64,000 nucleotides of DNA from Eledone cirrhosa (Eukaryota): the NCBI GenBank assembly GCA_964016885.1, contig OZ024742.1, positions 332,568,001-332,632,000 of the forward strand. Direction: 5' to 3'. Positions within the stretch are counted from its first letter, which is position 1; each line of letters opens with the position of its first letter. Below the pieces are notes generated by a model. That model ran no database searches and was not told the DNA's origin. It worked only from the letters and a program-made list of their open reading frames with translations. The translations under genes were made by a program, and so were the position numbers. This document shows, one piece after another, positions 45,661 through 60,437 of the stretch.

Positions 45661-46328
45661 TTTGAATATATTAAAGTAGCGTATATATAGATATGTATTC
45701 TCTTTTATGGATGTGAGATTTGGTTATTTGGTTGTTTAAGGTTGTTAAAAGATTTTGGTTATTTGGTTGTTTGAAGATATTAAGAAAAAAACGAGTGTAT
45801 ATAATAATCTGTAGTTAAGAAAACGTACTTACGAGTTGGAAGGAAAAGCACATGGTTACAAATATATATAAATATATATGTTCGGTCAAATAGGCTTTAA
45901 AGGTGTGTAGCTGGCTACCGACTTGGTAGAGATCAATATAAACACGCCTGTTCACTTCAACAGCCCCTATATATATGAGTAATATATATATATATATATA
46001 TATAATGTAAGAGGTAAACAAAAATAACAACACTCGGACGAGGTTTAAAAATATTGGAAGGGGGCTATCATTTGATTTTTTTATAATGAATAAGTAACAT
46101 TTTCAAAAAGTACATAAGTGGAAAGAAAACAGCGCAATCAAATTTTTGCGGAGAAATATCTTACCTTCTCCAATAAAAAATATTTTGTATTTTGCGAAAT
46201 CCAGAGACATTTCAATAGTGACCTTTGGTCTTTCACACTCACTCAATATATATATATGTATGTGTGTGTATCCAGATGTCTTTAACACATCGACAGAAAA
46301 TAATATCTCGTCAGTAGTTCGTGTGTAA

Positions 46329-46375
<47 letters not shown>

Positions 46376-46598
46376 AAGCTTTAATATAGATTCCTTGCAA
46401 TAATGATGAATATCCCTTGTATTTATTCCATTGAAGATATATATTTCACCCTTAATCGGTGAATCATAAATGTAAAATCTTGGATCATCGGCAAAGGAGA
46501 AGATTTAACTATCTATGATTACATACTCAACGCAAATCAGGGGATAACATTGTAAAAGCACGTGTGGTTTAAATAAACAAACATCGATCCGCCGTCAC

Positions 46599-46636
<38 letters not shown>

Positions 46637-46639
<3 letters not shown>

Positions 46640-46753
46640 AAAAAGTCAGGATCCCGAGGGCTGAGCTCCGGCCGTTTCGACAGCTAGATCCGAACTAAAC
46701 CGGCAGTATTATGACAGTAGTGACCTAGCTGAACTTATCAAAGGGTAAAGTCC
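46637..46753 (-). mobile_element. Family A non-palindromic copy with a degenerate full HHR
   Basis: Minus strand reads accc-tttgataa-g..cagctag...ctagctg..c-GAAA-cggc...gccc-tc-ggga. Confidence 0.6.
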
Positions 46754-46837
46754 ATATATGGGCATGTAATCAAAATATATATATGTATATTATATATTAT
46801 ATATAGATTATATTATATATATTATATATATTATATA

Positions 46838-46875
<38 letters not shown>

Positions 46876-46984
46876 TATATATATATATATATAGTATATA
46901 TATATATATATATAGTATATATATATATATATATATAGTATATATATATATATATATATAGTATATATATATATATATATATAG

Positions 46985-47015
<31 letters not shown>

Positions 47016-47135
47016 TATATATATATATATATATATATAGTATATATATATATATATATAGTATATATATATATATATATATATAGTATATATATATATA
47101 TATATATATAGTATATATATATATATATATATATA

Positions 47136-47182
<47 letters not shown>

Positions 47183-47256
47183 ATATATATAGTATATATA
47201 TATATATATATATATATAGTATATATATATATATATATATATATAGTATATATATA

Positions 47257-47447
47257 GGAACGAGTAGGAACCCGACGGCTGAGCTCAAGCCGTTTCGACG
47301 GCTAATTCTGAGTCCAGAATTAGCCGTCGAAACGGCTTGAGCTCAGCCGTCGGGGTCCTATTCGTTCCTATTACCCACTCTACTACCCTAAGTATTGCGT
47401 ACTTTGGTGCGTTATGGTCCACCTGGTTCCTTACCACATTTCCTTCG

Positions 47448-47448
<1 letters not shown>
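47257..47448 (+). mobile_element. Family A palindrome plus tail (best-preserved copy)
   Basis: gacggctaattctg agtc cagaattagccgtc GAAA cggc ttgagctca gccg TC ggggtcct. Confidence 0.82.
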
Positions 47449-47486
<38 letters not shown>

Positions 47487-47766
47487 GGAAGTTTTACTTT
47501 TCACTCTTCTCTTTATATACATATCAAATGCATTAAAATAGCATATTATGTAATGCATTCTCGTTAGACAGGTGATGCAAGTGTAAAGAATGATTTTGCT
47601 TCTGGTGTTTGATAAGTCTGCTGCTGAAGTGATATCCATATTGCTTACAAATATATATATATAGCATATATAGTATAGGAATATATAATATACAATAAAA
47701 TTAATGGAAATATACTAGTACATACAACCCCCCCACACACACACACACACACTCACACATATATAT

Positions 47767-47935
47767 ATGAAGTATTTCCGTAGAAAGGGTAAAGGAAAAT
47801 AGAGTGCTCTATATATGTTACAGTGTTATTTAAATATCTAATAATCAACACAATACAATTATTCTATTTACGAAAGGTTTCACGAAGACAGGCGAGCCAT
47901 TTGCCTTTGGTAAATGGAATAATTGTATCGTGTTG
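47767..47935 (-). mobile_element. pLTR fragment of the 55631/57358 family with short inversion
   Basis: Matches the reverse complement of 57394-57510 (tagagcactct...ggaa.tacttcat). Confidence 0.6.
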
Positions 47936-49406
47936 TTTATTACATATATATATCTGTCTGTGTGTGCATGTGTGTGTATGTATATATATATATACACATA
48001 CATGCGTCTGTGTGTGTGTGTGTCTGTGTTTGTATCAACACACTATATATATATATGTTGCTTTTTATTTTATTTCTGGTAGTGATAATTCTTATCGTCA
48101 GATTGGTTAGAACTTCGAAACATTTCTTAGTAGTATTTCTTCCGGCTGTTTATGTTGAGTGTGCAAATGGGGCCGAGCTACTTTGCCCATCTACCCTCCG
48201 GACACGATATAATATATTGTCAGTAATGTTAGTAATTAATCAACTTTACCATCACAATATTGTACTTTTTTCCTAAAGTATAGATGTTTCTTGCTAAACC
48301 CCGAGAAATAACTGATTACGCAAACATATGGCTAAAAGCACTGCAGCCAGGAATATCTCTTCATTTGTTGGACTAAGCAAAACATTGTCTAATGTTTCCT
48401 AACTGTTAAAGACGAATGGTATATAATTTGACAAAAATAATGATTGCTATTTCTAACAGGGTTGCAGAATATCATCCACGCTGGCCTGTATGTGAGGTAA
48501 TTGTTTATCAAAATTTGACATCTGTTTTCAAATGCCAATGAGATCAAATTTGCTTTTAATCCTTTCCATGTCGGAAAAATATATCAATACCGCATGGTGG
48601 TCGATCCTTCTTCTATAGCTCTTTCTCACTTCCTCTTTACTCTTCTCTCTATCGTCACCCTCTCTCTCCGTCTCTGGTGGAAATCTGCTGTCTTGAAACC
48701 CGGAGAAGCACCGCCAGTGTTAAAAAGACCAAGATAAGCCGTATGTAACTACACCAATGCAACTCCACTACCAGTTCCGGGTACATACACACAGAATGGC
48801 ATACATGTTATAATTAGATGGAATTTGTTCCAGCTGCAAGAGAGTACAATAAAACAGCGCAGTTATTAGAGTGCAGAAGCTGCTTACAATAGCACCAAAT
48901 TTCATTGCCTGACATTCCTGCTGATATACACAGAGAGACGTGCAACTATATCTATACAGACATATAAACATAGCGATAGACTGACATATAAGCACAACAC
49001 ACATAAACTACATACAAAGATATTCATATGCATATATATCTCTATAGATGTAGATGTAGATGTAGATGATTTCTTACCTATCCCACGATACATTATGTCC
49101 ACAGCTCAATACATGGCGTGGTAAATAAATATTTACATATATATTAGGTCTGAACATAAAGGACACACATTTTTATTGTCACGGTCTCCATCTCTTTCGG
49201 TCTCTCCACCTCTCACAATTATAAGCAAATGTGGGCCCCACAGCCCCAGCTACAGAATAGAGCAGGCGTACCCCGGAAGATGGTGAGGGAGATGCGTTGG
49301 ATGCCCTCTTGTATATCCGTCGTGATTTTGAAGATGGAGCCGGACTGGCTTCGAAACTTTAATAAACACATTAATTTAAATAATCTCCTCTTCAAGACTT
49401 ATGCAA

Positions 49407-49561
<155 letters not shown>

Positions 49562-50850
49562 TGTATATTTCTACACGTGCATATATGATTAAATATATAT
49601 ATGCACACATACATACACAAATCCATACATATTCACCCATACATACGTCGTGTCTTGGGCGCTTTTGAAAACTGGCGCTGTCTATCAACTGTCCGGGTCT
49701 GACGTCTGCTGATCTATTCAAGAGAACGAAAGAGAAAGTGAAAGAGAGAGCAAGAGATAGGTGGGGATAAACTCCAATAATGGATTGGAGCATTTTAAAC
49801 GACCTTAAAATGAAGAAATGCAAAGTTGAGCTTGGCAGGTTTTGAACTGAGAGCGTTGCGAACCAGAACAAATACTCTAAAGCCTTCTATCCGACGTTCT
49901 AACGACTCTGCCTATTTGTCACCTCTAGCAATATTACATATGAAATAAAAGTCTCGGAACTCCTAGATGAAACCCAAGTGCAGCTTATCAATACTTATCT
50001 TCTTTTATTTGATCTTAATTATTAAACACTTTCATTCACTTTATTGCTAGTGAGGAGGTAGTCTACCGCACGCTCTTCTTTCCTTACCAGAGAGAGAATG
50101 AGGCTGAGTGAGAGAGAAGTGACAAAGTGTAAAATAGTCTGAGAAACAGACGGCGTAATAGAATACAGAATAGAGAAGGGGTGTTGGGGTGGATGTAAAA
50201 CAAGTTTGAGTACTGATTCATTTTCTCAATGTTTTGTATTCAAATAGTAACCATGTACGTAAACATAAGAGTATAATATATTTTATTTGCATTTGTAATT
50301 ATATTTTCGTATTTAAACAAATGAAACAAAAGCTTTTCAAATTGAGAGTAAGTGAAACAAGTACAATATTTAATGTTTTCATTATTCCATGAGATTTCCT
50401 TTCATTGTATAGCTCACGTACAAAAGAGTATTATATCCTTTAATAATTTATCCTTCCGTTGAAACAACTGATTTTTCGCTGTCTCTTTTATTCAACCTGC
50501 GTTTCCTCACTGGAAATATAAAACTTCATTGCTTTGATATTTACAGACAATTTGAATAGATTTTTATATAACAATAATAAAAACATAAGAGGAAAATCGT
50601 CTCTTTTTCCTGAATAACTCTCAACCACGTCATTTTGTTTCCGTCACTAGGGACCAACAATTCAATATTTAAGTCTTGAGGGAGGAATGACATCTATATT
50701 TCTCGGGAAATATTGTTTGACCAATGTAATTTGAGGAGACATGTGACATTTATAAATTCAATTCATACATTAGTTTTATCTTTAAAACAAAAATTAAATG
50801 TTAGATCAGGTGTGTATGCGAATCATAAAATTCTGTTGCAAAGTTGTAAA

Positions 50851-50913
<63 letters not shown>

Positions 50914-50989
50914 CATATGTAAATAATGAAATACATGAATGATCAAAATCAGCAACAATACCACCAATGAAACCAATAACGATTTATAT

Positions 50990-51600
50990 ATTGGGCTCAA
51001 GTCCATTAATTTGGCGGTCTGGAGTAACCCGATGTTATCGGCCCCCGTACTTTAGGGTAATTTCATCGAACCCGGAAGACTGACAGGCAAAGCTGACATC
51101 AGTGGGATTTGAACTCAGAGCGAGGACAGACATTGCTGAGCATTTGTTAGGTGCTCTACAATTTTCCAAATCCACTGCTCTTCTTATTTAACCAATACTA
51201 CTTTCTGATTTAGGCACAAGGCCAATGTTTGGGGGCGGTCGATTGAATCTACTCCAGTGCATTACTGGTACTTCATTTTATTGACCCCATAAGGATGATA
51301 GGCAAAGCTAACCTCGGTGGGATTTGTACTCAGATGATACCAATAATAAAAGGTAAAAATTTAATGGTGACCAGGTAGCAATAATTTATTATGTAATTCA
51401 GGACGCAACATGAATCTTGGGTTCAATCTTACTACGCGACCTCTTGGGCAAGTGTCATTTAACATAACCTCAGACCAAACCATGCCATGTGAGTAAAATT
51501 GTGCAGACAGAAACCTATTTGAAAACCCTTCTGAGGAACTGTACCTGCAATTCAATGGGCTCGCCTTTTAACACACTCTGTCAGGCTGGATCGTTCTGAT
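50990..51600. mobile_element. Cluster of SINE fragments
   Basis: gggatttgaactcag and gggatttgtactcag (minus B boxes). gggttcaatc...cttgggcaagtgtc on the plus strand. Confidence 0.65.
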
Positions 51601-51949
51601 AATTCAGTTAATATTACATGCGCTTGGGAAATTCTTACCTGTTAATTCTTACCACTTACCTGTTAATTTCCAGAGCAGGCTGTTCTGTTTATCGAGAAAA
51701 TGAAACTCTCATTGTCGAAATCCTCGGAGGTCCATTCAGTATAATTAAACAAATGTTTCTTTTATTATATTTCATATAGTAATTTATTTCATTAGTAAAA
51801 CCTACGGTAACTTCGGCATTATTGGAATGAGCAGGAGAAGAGCTATAAGGAACAACGTGAAAGCAAAAGAGAGGGCATCTAGATAGCCATGGTTGAAGAG
51901 ACTTGCCCACGTGGGAAATGGCGAAGGCTTCATCAACCACGACGGAATT

Positions 51950-52237
51950 ACCTCCATTAAGGTGTACGTTGTAAGACGCGAAACATTCACTAACTCTAGG
52001 ATACCACACATGTTGCTTTCAAAAATTTGCATCTGTAAATATGAGATAAAATGATTGACACCTGGATACAGACTGATGTTTGATCAACAGCTGGCTGGTC
52101 ACGGGAAATTGTACGTATGCTGTGAAACCCGAACGAAATATCCAATGACTCCAGGGTACAACGCTTATGAAGTATCCAATAATTTGTTTGTGTGAAGAAA
52201 TTGAACTAAAAAAAAATATTTTCCACTAAATTTATTT

Positions 52238-52305
<68 letters not shown>

Positions 52306-52354
52306 TTACTACTACTACTACTGTTGCTGCTGCTGATGATGATACTGCTACTGA

Positions 52355-52413
<59 letters not shown>

Positions 52414-54240
52414 GTAAATTCATCCACTTCTTTGTAGTGATATAATGATACCTTTCCATCTCATACTATCAAGCATTAACAGCTTCAGTTCCTTACTAGA
52501 TAGTTCTTTATCTTCCTTAATGACTCTCTTTATCATGATATGACCTGTGAGTTGAAGAAACCTGAAACTGATGGTATGGTTAATAGGTGGGACTTAGCCG
52601 TAGAAAATTTTGTTTGTAACATTCAAGAGGTTTGATGTTTTTTATCCTTCTTTGCATTCATATTTAGCAACCATTTAAAGCTTTGATGATAGGTATTGTC
52701 ACAGCCCATGATTCACATGAAAACAAAAGATTGATTCCACTGTAGTCTTGAATAATCTAACTTTTGTTTTTGTAGTTATGTTAGATTGTTACGTTATCTA
52801 ACGAGTTCACAGCAGACCATGCTTGTGCTATCCTGCTGTTTCTATCATTTCGTGAGTTGGTGCAAACGCCAAGGTATTTAACATCTTCTACGTTTTCAAA
52901 AACTGTATTATTTAATTAGTTGATGTTTCATTGAAATGTGTTGATGGTAATGTATTTGGTTTGTTGACATTTAGGAAGAGTCCTATAGCTTGAGCTTGTG
53001 AAAGAGATCCTCTGCATGATTCATTACGTCTACATATAGGAAAGAGTCATGAGCGAAGGGCATATCTCCTTGGTGTTGTGACGGAAGAATCGTGCCTCTA
53101 GAATTTTGACGGGTTAAGCTATCAAAATTATCAATAGCAATATGTAGTGCATAGTCAAGTACGATGATAAATATATGTGGTGCTACGGTATCGCCTTAAA
53201 GTACACCTGCGCACCCTGAAATAAGTCAGTTTCTCCTTTTTCTGTCCGTACCGTGTCGTGATTGATGTTGCCCATGATCCTGATTCCATTAACAAAGTTA
53301 CTGTAATGAAATGGGTTTCAAACATCTATACAGCTTCTTTTTGATGTTTTCTTACTTCGTAGATTATACGTCGATAATGACCTGTGATGATGTAGATTTA
53401 GACGATCTAAATTCCTTTAGGATTTATTCGATTGCTGTCGAAGCCGTTCAAAATAAGGCAATTATACATTTTGGAAACCTCATGTGTCAACTTATTCCAA
53501 GATTGTCTGGTTTCCGAAGATAGCTTTTTTTGAGAATAGGTACCATCGCCGACCGGTTCTATCGGTTTCCGTTAAAGGTCTTAATATAGAAGTGCAATAA
53601 AATAGTTTATAGTTTTTAAGTTTCAACATTCCCAGTGGAAGCCCATCAACGTCTGGCGCCTTATTGATTTTCATCTGATTCAAGGGTATTTCTTAAGTTC
53701 GTACAGGGATAAACTCGCAGCACAATATTGGTATTGATATTATATATATGATCGATCGTGAATTCGCGGTTGATGGTGCTGATATTATTCATCAATGCTT
53801 CGAAATTATTTTCCAAGCAATAAGCCGTTTCTCACCCTTAAGTACCTTGAGTACTTTTTCCCAAATATTTTGTTTTTTATCAGTTTCCATCCGTTATTTT
53901 GGTTGTCAGTAGACTTTGAGTTGTGGAAGGAGTTAAGGAGAATATTGATTATTTTGTCTTCTTCCTTACGATAAACCTTTTGTGCGTAGATATTGGTTTG
54001 TTTGTTTGTATGTCCGTAATCTTAAATTGTAAGACATTGGAGCGAGCTGCAAATACTGAGTGTAGTTTTGAAAAGAAGATTTTTGATTTTGTCGGGTGGT
54101 TTTGGCTTCCTATGCCAGTGCTGATTTCAATGAAATTCTTGTATGATTTGACAGACGAGATTGTCCAGTTTTTATTGTTTCGGTTTGAACTTGTAGCTTT
54201 AGTGGTATATTCAATCAAATGAGACAGACTTAATTTCAAA
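51950..54240 (-). pseudogene. Heavily decayed RTE-type LINE
   Basis: Minus-strand fragments GVL*GDTVAPHIFIIVLDYAL (~53145-53205) and KINKAPDVDGLP. Boundaries are approximate. Confidence 0.6.
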
Positions 54241-54708
54241 CCAAAGATTTCACAGTAAATACTGATTTATACGATACATCAACTAATGCATGTAACATTT
54301 AATACACACTGAAGACTAATATATAATGTTAATGAAAGTCGTACATAAACTGTTACGTAATATACTTATTTATCATTCTTTTCCACTAATATGCTATTTT
54401 AATTAACTTGGTTGTAACTCAGATTAATGTAAATTTGATTAATTCTAATACACTAAAGAAATAAACATAAACAAGTGTGGTCTTGCTTTGCTTAACTAAT
54501 GAATATTTCCAGCTCTGCTCACTTAACTTCTGCATGAACCCAGCCACCTAGCTGTTTTCTACTGCTTATTGCACATTGAGCACATGCCTTTACGCTTTGA
54601 CTTCTAACTAATTCACCAATCTCTCCTCTCATATCTCCTCTCCTATCTCCATCTCTCTCTTTAAGATTGGTTACTCTTGAACTGTGTATACATATATATA
54701 TATATATA

Positions 54709-55615
54709 TTTACGTGTCCCAACGACTTTTTTTAGCCGTTGTTCGCACCAACCTGAGGCATATGGCCCTTAAAGCGATGAAATGCCTGGGACGGTTGGAG
54801 GGTCACTGATGAAGGACTCACTTTTTCATATGCACCACCATTTGCAACGGGCAGCCATCATTATTATCATATTTACACATAATTTTTCTTCTGCTGCCAT
54901 CCGTCCGTTTCGTCCTTTGTACCTTTACCCTTTCTCGTTCTTTGTACCTTTTACTCTTTCTAGCAGTCTCTCTCTCTGTTAGCCTCCTCCTCAACTTTCA
55001 CTCACTCATTCTCTGTCACTACCTCTCCTCCTCCTCCTCCTTCAAGTTTGACCTGTGTGAAATTCTTTTCTCGCGCGTCCTGGCCAAGCTGGTATGGAAT
55101 TTTTTTTCTCTCTCTCTTTCGTCTGCGACTTAACAAAACTTATGTTTACCGAATTCGTAGACCAGACCCCTTCTTCTTCTTCTTCTTCTTCTTCTTCTTC
55201 TTCTTCTTCTTCTTCTTCTTCTTCTTCTTCTTCTTCTTCTTCTTCTTCTTCTTCTTCTTCTTCTTCTTCTTCTTCTTTCCCCCCCGTTAGACTTGGGCGA
55301 AATTCCTTCCTTTCTCACATTTCAACCAGGTTTGATGGTCTTTTGTCTCTTGTTCACGATTTCACCGAGTTTATATTCATAGAGATCTGGGACTTGTCTA
55401 TTTCTTCTCACTTTCCGTTGCTTAAACCATTTTGTTTGTTAACCTAACGTCCCTTTTATTTACGTGTCCCAACGACTTTTTTTAGCCGTTGTTCGCACCA
55501 ACCTGAGGCATATGGCCCTTAAAGCGATGAAATGCCTGGGACGGTTGGAGGGTCACTGATGAAGGACTCACTTTTTCATATGCACCACCATTTGCAACGG
55601 GCAGCCATCATTATT

Positions 55616-55622
<7 letters not shown>
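54709..55622 (+). mobile_element. Family B non-coding element: 750-bp unit plus ~160-bp identical terminal repeat
   Basis: 54711-54872 is repeated at 55461-55622. Internal (TTC)n, (TA)n flanks. Confidence 0.85.
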
Positions 55623-55652
<30 letters not shown>

Positions 55653-55857
55653 GTGATAAACAACATAAGGTAATTATTTCATCTACAAGTGGTTTCTTAT
55701 ATTTTTAGATATGTATTTCTGTGTGTGTGTTGTGTATATGTGTATATATGTATATATATATATATATATGTATGTATATGTATATATAACTATATATATC
55801 TGTATGTATATGTATGTGTGTATATAATTGTTTATTTTATATGTATCTGTTGTAATG

Positions 55858-55955
<98 letters not shown>

Positions 55956-56063
55956 ATGTGTGTGTGTATATTTTATTAAGGTGGTGACGTAACTTTTTGT
56001 AGATATGTGTGTGTGCGTGTATATGTGTATTTTTATATATATGTTTGTGTGTGTATATATATA

Positions 56064-56109
56064 ATAGCCTCAGAAACGGCTGACCTCTGCCGTCGGGGTC
56101 ATACTTTTT

Positions 56110-56111
<2 letters not shown>
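56064..56111 (+). mobile_element. Family A fragment
   Basis: atagcctcagaaacggctgacctctgccgtcggggtcatactttttcc. Confidence 0.7.
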
Positions 56112-56154
<43 letters not shown>

Positions 56155-56415
56155 ATATATTTGGTTGTGTGTGTGCGTGTGTGTGTATATATATATATAT
56201 GTTTGTGTATGTACATGCATCATTACATACAGAGATTTAATGCTTATTTTCATTGATTATTTGCTCCAGGAACTTGTTGAGTGCTCTAAATCAGCTATAA
56301 ACATTTATACCCTTATCTACTTATTTATTTATTTATTATTTTCCGTATCCCCAACTATTTGTTTACCCCTTTCACCTTTTAATTTTTATATATATATATA
56401 ATATTTATGTATTTT

Positions 56416-56469
<54 letters not shown>

Positions 56470-56581
56470 TATATATATATTTAACAGTTAAACAAGGTTC
56501 AATGAATACATCTAATAATGAGTTTTACACACACACACACATGTGTGTATAAGTATTTATATGTATGTGTGTGTGTATATG

Positions 56582-56640
<59 letters not shown>

Positions 56641-57357
56641 GTATGTATGTATGTATGTGTATGTATATGTGTATGTATATGTATGTGTATATGTATGTGT
56701 GTATGTATTTATCTATATGTATGTATGTGTATGTGTAATTGTGTGTATTGCTTACCACGTGTGTTTGTTCATTTATTTGTTTCTGTATCGCTGTCAACTT
56801 TATAATAATTTTTAGATTTATTTTTATTCTTATGTGACGGCCTATATGGACGTCATTTGTTTTTTATTTTATTATTATATTTTTTCTTATTAATTGTGTG
56901 TGTGCGTATGTAGGTGTGTGTACATATATCTATATTTGTGTGTGCGTATGTATGCGTGTATATATGTGTGTATGTATGCGTGTGTATGTATGCGTGCGTA
57001 TGTACGTGTGTATATATGTATGATTATGTGAGTATATATATATAGGTGTATATATATGTGTATATATATATATATATACATATGGGTGTGTGTATGTGTA
57101 TGTATGGATATGTGGATATATATGTGTATGTATGTATATGTATGTGTATGTGAATTTGTACGTGTATGAATATGTGTATGTATGTGTATGTATATATATA
57201 TGTGTATGTATATATGTGTGTATGTATATATGTGTGTGTGTGTGTGTGCATGTGTGTTTATTTTTCCTTTCCTTCTTTCTTTTCCAGCCTCACTTTTCAT
57301 ATAGATTATATTTTTGTTTTTAAAATCCAATGTCAATAAATACACCAGGATTTTTTA

Positions 57358-57409
57358 ATTCTGATATTGAAAGCAAAATTTGATTGCTTTCAAGAAACCA
57401 CAGGTAAAT
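57358..57409 (+). ncRNA. Degenerate HHR (G8 missing); 3' half inverted at 55631-55698
   Basis: AUU-CUGAU-A-UUGAAAGCAA loop UUGCUUUCAA-GAAA-CC aca GG-UA-AAU. Confidence 0.6.
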
Positions 57410-57509
57410 GTAATAATTACCTTATGTTGTTTATTACATAACTATTAAGCTCTGTAACCTACATAGAGCACTCTTTTTTCCTGAACCTTTCCGACGGAAT
57501 TACTTCATT

Positions 57510-57560
<51 letters not shown>

Positions 57561-57562
<2 letters not shown>

Positions 57563-57932
57563 GATATTAAACAAATGGAAACTATATTTATAAAACCATA
57601 TTTATTTCGTTATATATATTTCTGGGATATCATATTAAAAATATGGTATGCCTTCCTCAGACAAAATACAATACATAAGCTGTTTTATAAATAATTTTGA
57701 CATACATTTATAAAACAGCTTATGTAACTTATGTATTGTATTTTGTCTGAGGATGGCATACCATATTTTTAATATGATATCCCAGAAATATATATAACGA
57801 AATAAATATGGTTTTATAAATATAGTTTCCATTTGTTTAATATCGTAAACCTACTCCAGAAACTGTTGAGTGCTTTTATATCAGTTATAAAATATTTACT
57901 CGTTGTAACCCAACAATTTTAAATATAACTTT

Positions 57933-57936
<4 letters not shown>
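57561..57936 (+). mobile_element. Non-coding pLTR with fold-back inversion carrying mirror HHRs
   Basis: 57561-57678 is inverted at ~57728-57846. Confidence 0.85.
57739..57804 (+). ncRNA. Type-I HHR (intact); mirror copy at 57603-57668 (-)
   Basis: UAUUUUGU-CUGAGGA-UGG...CCA-GAAA-UAUAUA-UA-ACGAAAUA. Confidence 0.85.
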
Positions 57937-58001
<65 letters not shown>

Positions 58002-58003
<2 letters not shown>

Positions 58004-58081
58004 CGAAGGAAATGTGGTAAGGAACCAGAGAATTAGCCGTCGAAACGGCTTGAGCTCTGCCGTCAGGGTCATACTTGTTCC
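58002..58081. mobile_element. Rearranged family A fragment
   Basis: Inverted tail fused to gaattagccgtcgaaacggcttgagctctgccgtc. Confidence 0.7.
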
Positions 58082-58094
58082 TATATATATATGC

Positions 58095-59706
58095 ATATGT
58101 TTTGCCCCTGTCATATTAGCGGCAATAAACATAATCAAGCGCCAGTCACCAGTAGGGACCGATATGTTTCCTCCTAGAGAGTTGAAGAATTGCCGACCTC
58201 AACTTGCATGCCCACTTGCTTATCTTTGAGAAGCCCACTTGATGCAGGCTAATTCGCTGAACATTCCTGTCCCAGTCTCTCGTCCCTGCTTTCAAAAATG
58301 GGAACAAATCCCTTCCAATGAATTACCGTCTAATCTCACTCATTTCTCAAGCTATTTGTGAGGGTCATGAGATACCAAATAACTCACTTCCTTGAAATGA
58401 ACAATCTGCTGAACTCCAAACAGTATGTCTTTCATGATGGCAGCGACTGCCTGACACAGCTTCTGCATCACTTTGGTGACATCCTAAACGTTTATTGGAT
58501 GGCTCCAATACGGAAGTTATTTATCTCGATTTCAGCAAGTCCTTTGCAGGGCTGATTACAACACCCTGTTGAAGAAATATTAGCGGCGTATTAGATCTTT
58601 CCTAACAAATATATACCGGCATGATGTTGTCAAATGAATACGATGAAGCTTAGACAAAGTCAGTAGTAGTGTCCCATAATTCACTCTGTTCGGCCCATGT
58701 CTCTTAATTATTTACATAAACGACAATATAGGCGTCATCAAAACATAGCAACATAACATTTTTCGCTGATGATTCAAAGCTCTAGAAGGGCATTAAATGA
58801 GTCGGTGACCGGATATACTTTCAATCGGATCTGCTCGCTGTCATCCACATGGTCAACAGAAAAGAATATGGTAATAAATGAGATTATATTTGAATTAATT
58901 CACTTTAGAAAACAGGATGCATTGAAGTTACCATATTCTCTTCCAATATTCTGGCATCAAACAAAGCCAGAGACTTCGGATATTTATATACAATATAAGC
59001 TAGATTACTCCCATAAACAATAAAGTGGACTTGTCCTGTATGATGTGTTTCTGGATTCTCAGAACATTCAGCGCTAGAGAAATTCATACCATTATCCTAC
59101 TCTACGCTATTTTTATTCGATCCCACATTGAATAATGTACTCTGTGGTCTGCCCACACGAAACAAAGTATTATGAAAATTGTAGGATCCCATAGGTCAAT
59201 TACAAACAACGATAGGTGGTATGACAGGCCTTGGCTATTAGGGGTTGATTAGAAAAAACATACTCTACTTTCTCCAACGTTGCCATGTGCGCTACATTAT
59301 CTATGTGATGTGAGAAATATTCTATTATTATTGCACATATTATGTTGACATCACCTTAAAATCCACCCAAGGTTTGGTCATTTGCTCACTACAAAAATCA
59401 AACTTACATCTCATAGCAACGGAACGACACAACTACTTCACATCAACTTCTTCTCTCTTTAATATCATACTGAAATATATCAAGACAGAAACATATCCCA
59501 TAATATTCAAATGTTCCCTGGACAAATTCCTCAGAGAAATCCCGGTTAATCCCCCTACACCCGAGAACAAGGACTTTTTACTAGAATGAGCTACAGTATC
59601 CAGAAGTGACTAGGTCGTGAACCCATAATCTGAAAGACTTCACCCGATGATGCTGTTAAGTTAGACATGGCCTGGGCCACCACTGGACGAAACCTATCAA
59701 GTTATC
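58095..59706 (+). pseudogene. Older 5'-truncated copy of the 40.9-45 kb LINE family
   Basis: QITHFLEMNNLLNSKQYVF...DCLTQLLHHFGD, FELIHFRKQDALKLPYSLP, and the same 3' end gaaacctatcaagttatca. Confidence 0.85.
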
Positions 59707-59744
59707 ACCCCAATTTATATGTGTGTGTGTATGTGTGTGTGTGT

Positions 59745-59801
<57 letters not shown>

Positions 59802-59827
59802 TGTGTGTGTGTGTGTGCGTGTTTGTG

Positions 59828-59879
<52 letters not shown>

Positions 59880-60257
59880 TTTAAGGGAGACTTCGATGCT
59901 CATTTCTAGCAATAGCTAGCTATACTTTATGATCAATCGTCAAATAACATGCTCAAATTGGCAAAATTATATCGGGCTCCCTGAAAAGTTATTTTTCATG
60001 AAACAGTGTTAGCACCTACCAATTTATACATTAAGTATCTAGGAAGCTTAAATTGCTAACTACTTTGTTTAAATGCAAATGAAAACAGATTGATATTTGT
60101 CTTCCTCCATGGGTAGAACAATTAAAATAGATTAAAATAAAGATGAAAAACTAAAAAACGAACCAAAACAATTCTATAACAATATCACACAGTAAATACG
60201 TTTTACCAACAGGGTCAGTTATACGGTGGGGAGCTACTTGGTCTTTCTAAAATAATT

Positions 60258-60437
60258 TATTCTACTTTTGGCACAAGGCCAGCAATTATTGCATTACTGG
60301 TACTTTATTTTATCGACCCCGTAAGGATAAACGGCAAAGTTAACCTTGGCGGGATTTGAACTCAGATCGTAAACGCCCGTAACTCCATACTGCAATGCAT
60401 GGCGTCCAACGCTCTAACGATACTGTCAATCCCCGCC
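60258..60437 (-). mobile_element. Full-length tRNA-derived SINE
   Basis: Reverse complement of 45471-45660. Confidence 0.8.

Noticed and set aside
45250-45850. ~150-bp local duplication split by a SINE
   Set aside because: Ordinary diverged tandem duplication with no structural or coding signal.
46425-46480. Minus-strand GGU-GAAA-UAUAUA-UC resembling an HHR 3' half
   Set aside because: No recognisable CUGANGA or stem I partner.
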